NCBI RefSeq assembly: GCF_006345805.1
Contig: NW_021836146.1
Span: 186,001 to 250,000, forward strand
Source: Octopus sinensis
Lineage: Eukaryota
Direction: 5' to 3'
DNA: 64,000 nucleotides
The notes under the pieces were generated by a model, which ran no database searches, was not told where the DNA came from, and worked only from the letters and a program-made list of their open reading frames with translations. Numbering within the stretch: the stretch's first letter is position 1; every line of letters begins with the position of its first letter. The translations under genes and the position numbers were made by a program. Below are positions 45,370 to 57,806 of this stretch, piece by piece.

Positions 45370-46929
45370 GTATGTACATACAAATATTAATTATTAAAGA
45401 GGGAAGTAGTAATACCAAAAGGTAATCTTAATAAGGATGTCTTGTTAGCACACCAAATACTGCACTACTAACACACAAACAGATAGGTATTACATAATCT
45501 ATATATATAGTATATATAGATATTACTTAATATATATATTGTATAAAATTTTATATTTATACATGTTCATGCATTTGTTTTGCAAAATTCATACATACAG
45601 ACATATACACACATACACATAATATATATGTACAGATATATATATAAATACACATATACCTGTGAACATACAAACACACACAGAGGAAATTTTATAATTA
45701 GCATATGGACAACCGGTAGTAGTACTTTTAAACCACTAGATAAGAATCTATATTGTTTTTTATTCTTTTACTTTTTACTTCATTAGACTGCAGCATGCTG
45801 GGGCACTGACATGAAAGGTAAAGTTGATTCTAACAACTCCAATTCTTAGTTTTATGCTTGGTACTTATTCATTTTATTGATATCTAGGGTAGTTAAGAAG
45901 CAAAAACAGAAAATGTTCAAAGGTGATAACCTTTGATAACCAGTGAAGCATGAATATCTGTGTGAACAGGCACGCAGAAAACATGCAGTGCTTTTTAAGA
46001 ATATTCCAAACATGACCATCACGTTTTTAAAAATACCTCAAATATGACCATCCTATCCTTTTTTAAAGCATTCCAACTGTGACCATTTTGTATCTTTTTT
46101 AAAGAAAAATACAGATATCCCTAATGTCATGCCTTACCATTTTCTAAAAGACATTGTATAATGGAGCCTGGGTTAAGCAGCCTGAAAATTATGGGGTAGT
46201 CATGGACATAATGCCTTCCATACTGGATCTGCTGGATCAGCACTGACCTGGGCCTAAACAATAACAACTAATAGCATATTCATGTATGTATATGTCCTAG
46301 AAATAGCAGCTACATTGTTCCACACATACTGACATATATGATGTGCTTCTGCATAGTTTCCCTCTACCAAATTTCATTCACAAAACATTGATTACCACAA
46401 GACTACAGCAGAAGATCCTTGTCCAAGATGCCATACCAAGGTCCACTCTTGAATCACAAATATCGTGAAAGGAATTTCTTAACCACAGAGCCATGCCTGT
46501 GTGTATGTGTGTCGCTCCCTCTATCTGTATGTATGTGTGTGTATGTATGTATGTATCTGTGTATGTGTGTGTCGCATGAAGGATGTATTTATCCCACAAA
46601 AATAGATAAGGAAACAAGTTTCTTCTTGCTTTTCAAAAACGTAAAAATAACTAAACAGAATGGCCAAAAACTTTACTGCTTTGAACACAGAAGATAAATT
46701 CAAACAAAAAGAATAAAACTATTCAAACAAACTGTCTTCAATAGCAGTTCATCTTCAGAGAGTGTCGTCTGCATTCTTGTGACAGGTTGTAATATTTCAG
46801 AGTTTCTCTATGTGTATGTCAGAGTTTGTCCTATGTGTGTGTGTAAAGTAGGGGCTGGAATTTTTCCGTTGAAAGTAGACATATACTTTCTTTCTTTCAT
46901 GCCAATTCTAATGAAAAAATATAATAATG

Positions 46930-47260
46930 AATAGCTTCGAAAGGACTGGGCGGGAATCTCGTGTAAATTTACATTCTATTTTAGGTCACGGAATCAGGAA
47001 GTTTGGGAATACCGTGTCGAAGTTATAAATTGTCCGACAGCAAATCAATTGAAGCTTAGTTTAGCTCCAGCTATGTGGTAAAGTTAAATTAAAACGTGTA
47101 TAAATGTTTTCGACAAGCAACACACAAGCTGAAGATGTCAGACGCTTTCATTTTGATTTCTATTTGGAATTGGAAGTGGTTGTCACTACTTGTCGTGGTA
47201 CAATACTAATTTATCTTATTGATTTTGTTCCATAGCCATCACCCCCTCGTGCACGCTAAC
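46930..47260. promoter_or_regulatory. CpG-rich promoter-like patch
   Basis: Abrupt cluster of CpGs in unique sequence, with GGAAGT (ETS-like) and GGGCGGGA motifs, after about 46 kb of CpG-poor unique DNA. Confidence 0.4.
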
Positions 47261-47456
47261 AAACAATGGAATGTAGCAAAGAAAGAGAGTGGAACATAAA
47301 GCTCTGAAGTCTGACATTGTACTGATAAGATGCAATTCTTTCAAATTGGATATGGTTTGCCGAAAGATAGCCAAGTATTAACTTTTAGAAAATGCAACAC
47401 TGATAGTTTTCACATGGCGAGTATTAATCAGATAGAGTAATACGATAAAATCAACT

Positions 47457-47518
<62 letters not shown>

Positions 47519-48178
47519 AATGAGAGAGGCATGAAGCAAGAGTCATGTAACTGAAGTAAAATGACAATTATTTTATACTACTGATAAAAACCAAAAGGTA
47601 TTCCAATCAAAATTAGACAATTTAGCTTAGTTTTTTGACTCTTGGATATTCAATTTGGATTATGAGACAACTTAAGTTTCTAAATTAATCTACAAACTGA
47701 AAAGGTCTAAGCTGCACAACTGCACAAGGGAGGAGAAAGTGAAAGAGCAAAAGATAATATAGGAGAATAAAAGTGCAAGGAGAATAAAAGTGCAAGGGCA
47801 GAAGAAATGACATAAAGCAAGTGTGAGTACTCTCACTTCACATTGTTTCAATTCAAATGGTGACCATGTATATTTTGCTTATGCCTGTTTTTATATTTTC
47901 AACTTCAAAAAGAAAATTAAAACATTTCAAATTTCCAGAAAGTGAAATACTAATACTTTCATTTCTTAATACATATTACTTGCATTGTATTTCTTATCAT
48001 TCGATGTTCAGAACATGAATCCCTACTTTTACTATTGTATACACAATACTTTGCTTATTTTACTTGTGTATGTTCGAACTTTATTAGCATTAGACACTTT
48101 CACCGACACCAGTGACTTTTGCAGTTTCATTTCCCTTTTTTTTTGTGCTTCATTACTGAAATCTGAAAGGTTCCTTAC

Positions 48179-48237
48179 TTTGTCATTGTCAAGTAATATT
48201 TCAAAAGATTTTATAACAGAAAGTGTTATCCAAGATC
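48179..48237 (-). CDS. Candidate exon (GSWITLSVIKSFEILLDNDK), copy 1 within the tandem duplication
   Basis: Acceptor ttttactcttctttactatgcag|G and donor AAA|gtaagg; 59 nt with one open frame. Confidence 0.3.
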
Positions 48238-49527
48238 CTGCATAGTAAAGAAGAGTAAAATCTTGTTTCTAAATAATTATCCTCACATTGCAATGATAAA
48301 TCTCCGAGCGAGATGTAAACAGTAAGCGCTAGTAGACTATCCTCACATTAATTTATCTAAATCACTCGAAACCAAGAACTAACATTTTAATTGTATTGTA
48401 AGGAGAAAAACTCTACATATGTTACAAAAAATGTTGTGTGAAAAAAGTGTAGTAGAATACAGATATATATGTAACACATAGGAATTACATTTTATAATTT
48501 ATATTTAACTACAAAAAGTCAAATGAAGATCTACACAAGAACCATGAAACTTAACAACAAATAAGAAAAAGATATAAAACTGCAGCTTAAATGATGAAAC
48601 AACTGTTTAATTGAAAAAGTGTTATTTCCAATAATGAAACCAAGTAAAGGGTCCAAAATAGGTGCAGGAGTGGCTGTGTGGTAAGTAGCTTGCTTACCAA
48701 CTACATGGTTCCGGGTTCAGTCCCACTGCGTGGCACCTTGGGCAAGTGTCTTCTACTATAGCCTCGGGCTGACCAAAGCCTTGTGAGTGGATTGGTAGAT
48801 AGAAACTGAAAGAAGCCCGTCGTATATATGTATATATATATATATATAATATATATATATATATATAAATGAGAGAGGCATGAAGCAAGAGTCATGTAAC
48901 TGAAGTAAAATGACAATTATTTTATACTACTGATAAAAACCAAAAGGTATTCCAATCAAAATTAGACAATTTAGCTTAGTTTTTTGACTCTTGGATATTC
49001 AATTTGGATTATGAGACAACTTAAGTTTCTAAATTAATCTACAAACTGAAAAGGTCTAAGCTGCACAACTGCACAAGGGAGGAGAAAGTGAAAGAGCAAA
49101 AGATAATATAGGAGAATAAAAGTGCAAGGAGAATAAAAGTGCAAGGGCAGAAGAAATGACATAAAGCAAGTGTGAGTACTCTCACTTCACATTGTTTCAA
49201 TTCAAATGGTGACCATGTATATTTTGCTTATGCCTGTTTTTATATTTTCAACTTCAAAAAGAAAATTAAAACATTTCAAATTTCCAGAAAGTGAAATACT
49301 AATACTTTCATTTCTTAATACATATTACTTGCATTGTATTTCTTATCATTCGATGTTCAGAACATGAATCCCTACTTTTACTATTGTATACACAATACTT
49401 TGCTTATTTTACTTGTGTATGTTCGAACTTTATTAGCATTAGACACTTTCACCGACACCAGTGACTTTTGCAGTTTCATTTCCCTTTTTTTTTGTGCTTC
49501 ATTACTGAAATCTGAAAGGTTCCTTAC

Positions 49528-49586
49528 TTTGTCATTGTCAAGTAATATTTCAAAAGATTTTATAACAGAAAGTGTTATCCAAGATC
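49528..49586 (-). CDS. Candidate exon, identical copy 2 within the tandem duplication
   Basis: Same sequence and splice signals as 48179-48237, offset 1349. Confidence 0.25.
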
Positions 49587-50008
49587 CTGCATAGTAAAGA
49601 AGAGTAAAATCTTGTTTCTAAATAATTATCCTCACATTGCAATGATAAATCTCCGAGCGAGATGTAAACAGTAAGCGCTAGTAGACTATCCTCACATTAA
49701 TTTATCTAAATCACTCGAAACCAAGAACTAACATTTTAATTGTATTGTAAGGAGAAAAACTCTACATATGTTACAAAAAATGTTGTGTGAAAAAAGTGTA
49801 GTAGAATACAGATATATATGTAACACATAGGAATTACATTTTATAATTTATATTTAACTACAAAAAGTCAAATGAAGATCTACACAAGAACCATGAAACT
49901 TAACAACAAATAAGAAAAAGATATAAAACTGCAGCTTAAATGATGAAACAACTGTTTAATTGAAAAAGTGTTATTTCCAATAATGAAACCAAGTAAAGGG
50001 TCCAAAAT

Positions 50009-50173
50009 AGGTGCAGGAGTGGCTGTGTGGTAAGTAGCTTGCTTACCAACTACATGGTTCCGGGTTCAGTCCCACTGCGTGGCACCTTGGGCAAGTGTCT
50101 TCTACTATAGCCTCGGGCTGACCAAAGCCTTGTGAGTGGATTGGTAGATAGAAACTGAAAGAAGCCCGTCGTA

Positions 50174-50228
<55 letters not shown>

Positions 50229-50945
50229 GCATGTATATTTGTGTGTCTGTGCTTATCCCCCTAACATCACTTGACAACCGATGCTGGTGTGTTTATGTCC
50301 CTGTCACATTAGCGATTCAGCAAAAGAGACCGATAGAATAAGTACTGGGCTTACAAAGAATTGCTCAATTAAAGGCGGTGCTCCAGCATGGCCACAGTCA
50401 AATGACTGAAACAAGTAATAGGGTAAAGAGAGTAAATGGGACTATGAAGAGTCAAGAATATCTAGAAACCAGAAGCTTATAATTATATCAACTTTTGTTA
50501 GTAAAAATAAATTTGCAGTATATTTCAAAAATTTTCCACTCCATAGGCAGTGTGCTGTGTGGTAAGATGTTTACTTTCCAACCACAAGGTTCTGGGTTCA
50601 GTCCCCCTGCATGGTACTTTGGGCAAGTGTCTTCTACTAAAGCCTTGGGCTGACCAAAGCTTTGTCAGTAGATTTGATAGATGGAAACTGAAAGAAGCCC
50701 CTCGTACATATATATATATCATATATATATGTGTGTGCCTGTGTTTGTCCCCCACCACTGCTAAACAACCGGTGTTGGTGTCTCTATAGCCCTGTAACTT
50801 AGTGGTTCAGCAAAAGAGACTGATAGAATAAGTCCTAAGCTTAAAAAAAAAAAGATAAGTACTGGAGTCAATTCATTCAGCAAAAATTCTTCAAGACGGT
50901 ACCCCAGCATGGCCACAGTCTAATGACTGAAACAAGTTAAAACAA
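50009..50945 (+). mobile_element. Two adjacent SINE family A copies
   Basis: About 50009-50430 and 50545-50945; the 5' half of the first is also duplicated at about 48660-48840. Confidence 0.85.
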
Positions 50946-51015
50946 GATCCAAAGAGGAATATTCAAAATAGACCGAGTTACTTCGAAGCTCAAAATATTT
51001 AAGCATAAATACTCA

Positions 51016-51377
51016 TCTTTATATATAAAAGTAAGGTTGTGTGTCTGTCTCCTACGATTTAGATTCCTAACTACTCCCACATAGTCGTGATTCATATCGA
51101 GCCCTTCTGGGTATTAGCGCGCGTCTACGATGAGTCTACGATTTAAAAAAAAATTTACCATCATTTTTCTCCATTTTAATGCATTTTTTCGCTATTATAT
51201 AAGGGAAGTAACTCTCTAAAAATGTCTACGATGAGTCAACGATTTAAAAAAAAATTTACCATAATTTTTTTTCCATTTTTAATGCATTTTTTTGCTATTT
51301 TTTGGCTATAACTCTCTAAAAATGCCTATATAGTTATTTCCCTTACAAACCCGAGCAACGCCGGGCGATACTGCTAA
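51016..51377 (+). mobile_element. Non-autonomous Helitron, copy 2
   Basis: A|TCTTTATATATAAAAG start, same subterminal hairpin, CTAA|T end (CTAG variant); internal duplicated block. Confidence 0.8.
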
Positions 51378-51815
51378 TATTATATAAAGTTCTGTATTAA
51401 TTTGAGCTTTTAGCTAACACTGTATGTAATCTAGCTAATTCAAACACACTGGCTTATAGGAAATAACTGCCCTTTTTAGGCAATCTGTTTGTACACAGAA
51501 ATACCAGGATCATATTGACTGGTTTAATGCGTCAGCATTGATTATATTGGAATTATATCTCTTGCTTGATTTCTTTTTCCTTTTTGCTTTCTTTTCTTCA
51601 GATTTTAAACATCCCAGAGTGAGTTTTGTCAACTAATTACCTGGATTATCTCGGTTGATCGAAGTTTTTACACTAAATTACACATGTGAGCCCCAACCAA
51701 TCTTCTGAGGATTTTCCTTCTGCCATATGGTGAATAAAGTATCATACCCGAACCAACACTAGTTGCTCAACCTGCTAGAAATAGCAGCTAAATCGTACTC
51801 ATATCACATATTATC

Positions 51816-52687
51816 AGGCAATCCATCGTTTTTTGGTCTCCGAAAACTGAAACTATTATTTCGGCAAGTTACATATAAAATTTTTATTTCTTCAATGTTT
51901 ATTTTTTTGCAGCTGAACAATGAAAAACACGGTTGTCCGCACGCACGCACACACAACTCTCACACAGTCGTCTTTCATTTGAACGAGCGACTTTTGAACA
52001 GTGACACACGTCAACACACTCGCACACACCTATAGATACACATACATATATAAATATACATATTTTCTTTTCACGAATCGCGTATGTATGTAATGAATGA
52101 ATGAACGAACGTATGTATGTAATGTATGTATGTTTGTATGTATGTAATGAATGAATGTTTGTATGTAATGAATGAATGTATGTATGTAATGAATGTATGT
52201 TTGTATGCATGTATGTATGTAATGAATGAATGAGTGTATGTATGTATGTAATAAATGAGTGTATGTATGTAATGAATGTATGTATGTATGTATGTAATAA
52301 ATGAATGAATGTATGTAATGAATGAATGAATGAATGAATGTATGTATGTATGTAATGAATGTATGTTTGTATGTAATGAATGAATGAATGAATGTATGTA
52401 TGTAATGAATGTATGTTTGTATGTATGTATGTAATGAATGAATGAATGAATGTATGTATGTATGTATGTATGTAATGAATGTATGTTTGTATGTATGTAT
52501 GTATGTAATGAATGAATGAATGTATGTATGTAATGAATAAATGTATTTATGTATCTTTGTATGCATGCATATATGCATTCATGCATGCATGTATGTATGT
52601 AGCGGTCTGTGTGTAAGCTGAAGAAGGAAATAAAGAACTTGCCAAACAAAGTTTTAGTTTTCGGAGACCAAAAACGATGGATTGCCC
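51816..52687. mobile_element. MITE with about 60-bp TIRs, 6-bp TSD and an internal (ATGT/ATGA)n array
   Basis: GGCAATCCATCGTTTTT(T)GGTCTCCGAAAACT at both ends in inverted orientation; ATTATC at 51810-51815 and 52688-52693. Confidence 0.75.
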
Positions 52688-53062
52688 ATTATCTTTAAAA
52701 ACAAGAAAGTATACACTGAATACAGATTAGTCCTAGTGACACTGTATCGAAAAAGAAAGATGGGATTGTCATGAATGGTTTTTGATAGGTATTCCTTCGG
52801 TTTAAATGTTCTATCAAGGATGAACTTTGGCTAAACAAAAGCAAATAGGATATCCACGGAAAATTGATTGAAATGAAATCAATTAGAAGCGAACAGATTT
52901 ATTCATCTTTACAATGATACGAATAGTGAATCCAGGAAATCAAAGACATACAAGCAACAAGTTGTATTTTTCCTAATATAATTGACTCAATATACGACTG
53001 GAACAACTTTATCTTCAGAACCACCAGTACCGTCAAATAAACAGATGTACATATATATAATA

Positions 53063-53461
53063 CTAGCAATATCGCCCGGCGTTGCTCGGGTTTGTAAGGG
53101 AAATAACTATATAAGCATTTTTAGAGAGTTATAGCCAAAAAGTAGCAAAAAAATGCATAAAAAATGGGAAAAAAAATGATGGTAAATTTTTTTTTAAATC
53201 GTTGACTCATTGTAGACATTTTTAGAGAGTTACTTCCCTTATATAATAGCGAAAAAATGAATTAAAATGGAAAAAAATGATGGTAAATTTTTTTTTAAAT
53301 CGTAGACTCATCGTAGACGCGCGCTAATACCCAGAAGGGCTCGATATGAATCACGTCTATAAGATACCCGGTTTTGGTTAAACTGCACCGCAAAATGTGG
53401 GAGTAGTTAGGAATCTAAATCGTAGGAGACAGACACACAACCTCTCTTTTATATATAAAGA
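53063..53461 (-). mobile_element. Non-autonomous Helitron, copy 3
   Basis: Reverse complement of the same family with intact TC start, hairpin and CTAG|T end. Confidence 0.85.
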
Positions 53462-53952
53462 CTAGCGTTGCTCGGGTTTGTAAGGGAAATAACTATATAA
53501 GCATTTTTAGAGAGTTACTTCCCTTATAGATGCCAATTCGGGCTTTCTTAGCCATTTCTGTTTTGGTGTCTTCAAGCCATGAAGTCGTTGTTCTAAAAGA
53601 ACGCTGGTCTCCTTGACAACGCTTTACGACGTTGATTTCTTTACACTCCCTTCCCCACAGCTTCACGAGGAAGGGAAGGGGGAGAAGCAAACAGGTGTAG
53701 CTGTGAGCGTGGACGCCAACTCTGCCGCCATCGACACACGAAAAATTATGCATTAAAATGGAATAAAAAATGATGTTAACTTATTTTTAAAATCGTAGAC
53801 TCATCGTAGACGCGCGCTAATACCCAGAAGGGCTCGATATGAATCACGACTATAAGATACCCGCTTTTGGTTAAACTGCATCGCAAAATGTGGGAGGAGT
53901 TAGGAATCTAAATCGGAGGAGACAGACACTCACACAACTAGAGTTTTATATA
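53462..53952 (-). mobile_element. Non-autonomous Helitron, copy 4, fused head-to-tail to copy 3 and carrying a foreign insert of about 240 bp
   Basis: Its CTAG abuts the TC of copy 3; right arm of the hairpin is deleted; 53525-53750 is absent from the other copies; the 5' TC is missing. Confidence 0.75.
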
Positions 53953-55274
53953 TTCCTAATATAATTGACTCAATATACGCCTCGAACAACTTTATCTTCA
54001 GAACCACCAGTACCGTCAAATAAACAGATGTACATATATAATATATTCGTGTTGTTTTGGGATAGGCAATTATCTCGTCTCATTCCAGCCCGAAATTAAG
54101 CAATAACAGAAATTGTTTTTAAAAAAGAAATGTTTTCGCTAGTGTGATAATATGTTGGTTAACGGCTGACAAATAGTGACCTTTTTGAAAGAGATGTGAC
54201 ATGAAAGTTTAAAACCAGTGGACATATAATGGCATCATAGTTACTGTTCAGTGTTATTTATCGTTACTTGTTTTCTAGTTTTTTGGGGGGGTTTTTTTGT
54301 TAATTTTTTTCTGTATTATCATCATCATCATAGCCGAAACCCCATTTATTGCTAAGATGTGATGCGAACAGGAAATAAACAGCTTATTCAGAAATGTCTT
54401 AAAATAGGTTACCTATAGCTTGAGAATTTTATATAAATATCAGGATTTGTTTTTCTCTAAAGTTATCTTCTTTAGGAAAAATAAAAGAAAATAAATATTT
54501 TAATGCAGCATTGTACTTTTTTTTCTTTTTTCTTCTCGTAGTGATAAAAGAAAAAGAGAGCCAGCGGTGTTTTATTTTAATTTCTTTTCTGCACGATTGT
54601 AAACGACGATAACAACAATAATAGATGCGTTAAAAGTTGACGATAGAAAATGAATTTAAGACACTAGTCAGTAAATTTGCGTGACAGAGAGAAACTTTGA
54701 ATGAGATTCATTTAGTTGATATGAAGTAAAGGTAGATTTATTTAATGTGAGTGAATAAGTGAAAAGAATTAAAACAAAAACAATTTCACATGAAATGTCA
54801 TTATAAATAAAATTGTGAAAGAGTATGCATGTTCAATCCTGCTCTACAACCGAAACAATACATTTTTGCCATGAAAATAATCTAAAAATTCGACTATTAA
54901 ACAAGAGCAGCCTAATTCACAATCAAAAGAAAAAATGGCTATATGAGAAAATATAGGATTACGAACAGGCCACATACACGCGCACACATAATTATTTATT
55001 ACAACATAGGAGAGAGATTACAATCTGTGAGATTTTGCATCGAAAGCATGCAAAGGTAGGGATTGCTTTTATAGCTGTTGGAAGAGTAACTCTTCTTGTT
55101 TTTCTTCATTGCTAGCAAATAATGTATTCTAAAGCAGAAGCAAAGGGCCATCGTTGAGTTTTTTGACGAAGGTAACGTGCTAGTTGTCTGACATACACAA
55201 AAGGTTACGTGCACAAATGGATGTAGTTTAAAAGAAAGGGGGAAGACAACACAGAACACCACGCAGTGGTAAAC

Positions 55275-55508
55275 CTATTTCTTTATTATCCACAAGGGGC
55301 TAAACATAGAGGGGACAAACAAGGACAGACATAGGTATTAAGTCGATTACATCGACCCCAGTGCGCAACTGGTACTTAATTTATCGACCCCGAAAGGATG
55401 AAAGGCAAAGTTGACGTCGGCGGAATTTGAACTCACAACGTAACGACAGACGAAATACGGCTACGCATTTCGCCCGGCGTGCTAACGTTTCTGCCAGCTC
55501 GCCGCCTT
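55275..55508 (-). mobile_element. SINE family C, full length with 9-bp TSD
   Basis: Head GGCGGCGAGCTGGCAGAAACGTTAG, B-box GAGTTCAAATTCC, core GCCTTTCATCCTTTCGGGGTCGATAAATTAAGTACCAG; GTGGTAAAC at 55266-55274 and 55509-55517. Confidence 0.9.
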
Positions 55509-55824
55509 GTGGTAAACAATCAACTACTACCGAGTGGATGCAGTGACTTGCGAGGACAGACAAGTGAGGATCTGTGAGCTTACTAGACAAAACTGGACTA
55601 TAGTAATAATGCATTGCTGAAGAAGGTGGAAAACTTCTGATATGGGAATGTGTGTACAAAGTGGGGAGCTCGGCAGGAGGAAGTACCGAAGCGGTTTGAA
55701 AGAGAAACGGATCAGATTCTGTTCTGATCTGATCTGTAGGAAGAATTTGAAGCCAGCCTGATGAAACGGTATCGTGTTTTTACGAACTCGAAACAAAAGC
55801 TCGGTTCTCGGAATGTACCTCCTG

Positions 55825-56545
55825 CCACGAAGCTGGCTCATCTGGGACACTTGACAGTAAGAGGTCCAGCTTTATTTTGAAGACACCTACATCCACCACA
55901 TGCAGATCCTTCGGGAGGATATTGAAAAGCTGTGGTCCTCTGAAGCCCAGGCTATTGCAGTATCTTGTCCTATATCTTGATGGCAAATTTGGAGTCCTTG
56001 GCACTATGCAGTGGCACCCAGTTCTAGTAGTTGTGTAACTCTTGATGCCAAAGTTTGGGACAAGTCCTTCCAGATGTATATTATGGCATATCTTTCTTGC
56101 CTACACTCTAAGGAATAGAGTCTCAATCTCTTGAGTTTTTCCCAGTAGCTTCTTCGTAGATTGCTTCAAGTTCTAAGATTAATTTGACATTGGTTGGTGA
56201 TCATAGCTGAGAGCAATAGTCAAAGTGGCTTAGGATAGGTGTCCTCCAGAGGACCATCATGGTTTCCTGATCTCTTGTCCTACAAGTTCTAAGAATCCAT
56301 CCGGTCAGCCACCAATTTAGCAACATGCACACGGAAGGATGCATCATTACTCATGTAAATGCCCAGATCTCGCACTGACTGTGCCTCTGGGATTTTTCAA
56401 TCACTCCAGGTCCAGTGTATTTAATGGTTATTGCATTTAGTTTTGCATTCTGATAGCACAAGGCTTGAAACTTTTCAGCATTAAACTGCATGCTATTCTT
56501 TACAGCCGACTTGTATATTTTATCCAGCTCACATTATACATGCAT
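55825..56545 (-). mobile_element. CR1-clade LINE 3' remnant
   Basis: NSMQFNAEKF, VRDLGIYMSND, WILRTCRTRD, FDYCSQL, YWEKLKRLRLYSLE and GPQLFNILPK..FKIKLDLLLSSVPDEP. Confidence 0.85.
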
Positions 56546-57229
56546 ATATATATATATATATATATATAATAATTAATTTTATTTTATCGCATTCTGACTT
56601 TGTTTACATATTTCTCGATAAATTTTGAGCGTTAGACTATATACCAGAAATCCCTAGTTTGTCGGGTACGTTCTGCGTCTGCGCAGTGATCTGATTAGTT
56701 AGAAAGAGAAAATTAGTAGACGCACATGTGTCTATCGAGTTGCGATTTAAGAATAACAGGAATCTTACTGAAGAGCCTACCTGAGTAAATAAATATTATT
56801 TTTATTACTGAAATAGGCGAAACTGCAGTCTAAGAAGAACCGAGTTAGTAAAAGTTTTTATTTTCATTTCACTAAATTTATCAAGCTTCTGTGTTTCTAG
56901 TACATACTTCGCCGGTTAGTGTACTTATATATGAATAATATATGGCCTGTGCTAGAAACACCAGCGATAATAATTAATTTTATTTTATCGCATTCTGACT
57001 TTGTTTATATATATATATATATATATTATAGATGCCTATGCATATATATATAGATGCTTATATATATAGAAGCATATATATAGATGCGTACATATATAGA
57101 TTATTGATGCATATATATATATTATAGATGCATAAATACATATATTATAGATGCATATATATATATATATATATATAAATATATATATAAACATATATTT
57201 TATAAACATATATTTTATAGATGCATCAA

Positions 57230-57330
57230 ATAGGAAAAGGACCACATCATCTTTAAACGGAGTCTGGACAAATTTCTAGGAATACCAGATAAGCCACCTA
57301 TACAACTCACTCAACAAGAACTTTTGAATG
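57230..57330 (+). mobile_element. Short CR1-like LINE 3' fragment inside a TA-rich array
   Basis: IFKRSLDKFLGIPDKPP resembles the FK..LD.FL..IPDEP motif also seen near 55830. Confidence 0.45.
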
Positions 57331-57454
57331 GACCATGATACCACAAAACTTGACTTAAAAAAGGGATTTAGATAATCCTATCAGGTGGTGCTGTTAAGTT
57401 AGATATGGCCTGTACCAATCTTCGGTCGAAACAAAAGTTTGTTTATATATATAT

Positions 57455-57487
<33 letters not shown>

Positions 57488-57623
57488 TACATACATATAT
57501 ACATACATACATATATACATACACACACACACACACACATATGTACATAGATATATATATACACACACACACATATATATATGCATATATATATATATAT
57601 ATATTCATATATATATTATAGAT

Positions 57624-57770
57624 GCCTATATATATTATAGATGTATTATATATTATATATGCCTATATATATTATAGATGTATTATATATTATATATGCC
57701 TATATATATTATAGATGTATTATATATTATATATGCCTATATATATTATAGATGTATTATATATTATAGA
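57624..57770. repeat. 37-bp minisatellite (about 4 units) within a larger (TA)n-TTATAGATGCA array spanning about 57020-59470
   Basis: GCCTATATATATTATAGATGTATTATATATTATATAT starts at 57624, 57661, 57698 and 57735. Confidence 0.85.
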
Positions 57771-57772
57771 TG

Positions 57773-57806
<34 letters not shown>

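Larger units (their letters stand above)
47518..50215. repeat. Tandem segmental duplication, 2 x 1,349 bp
   Basis: Identical ORFs at 47985 and 49334; TGAGAGAGGC at 47521 and 48870; units are bounded by (TA)n tracts. Confidence 0.95.

Noticed and set aside
47139-47213. Plus-strand MSDAFILISIWNWKWLSLLVVVQY, signal-peptide-like
   Set aside because: Stops after 24 codons, weak donor, and no downstream plus-strand exons found.
51899-52649. Long ORFs (103-192 aa) rich in H/Y/I/T
   Set aside because: Translations of the (ATGT/ATGA)n microsatellite.
55757-55800. CTGATGA...GAAAC hammerhead-like spacing
   Set aside because: Stem II cannot close next to the core (A opposite C), and no stem III/stem I or cleavage triplet fits.
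57624-57770. Regular repeats resembling a CRISPR array
   Set aside because: Eukaryotic minisatellite with no unique spacers.
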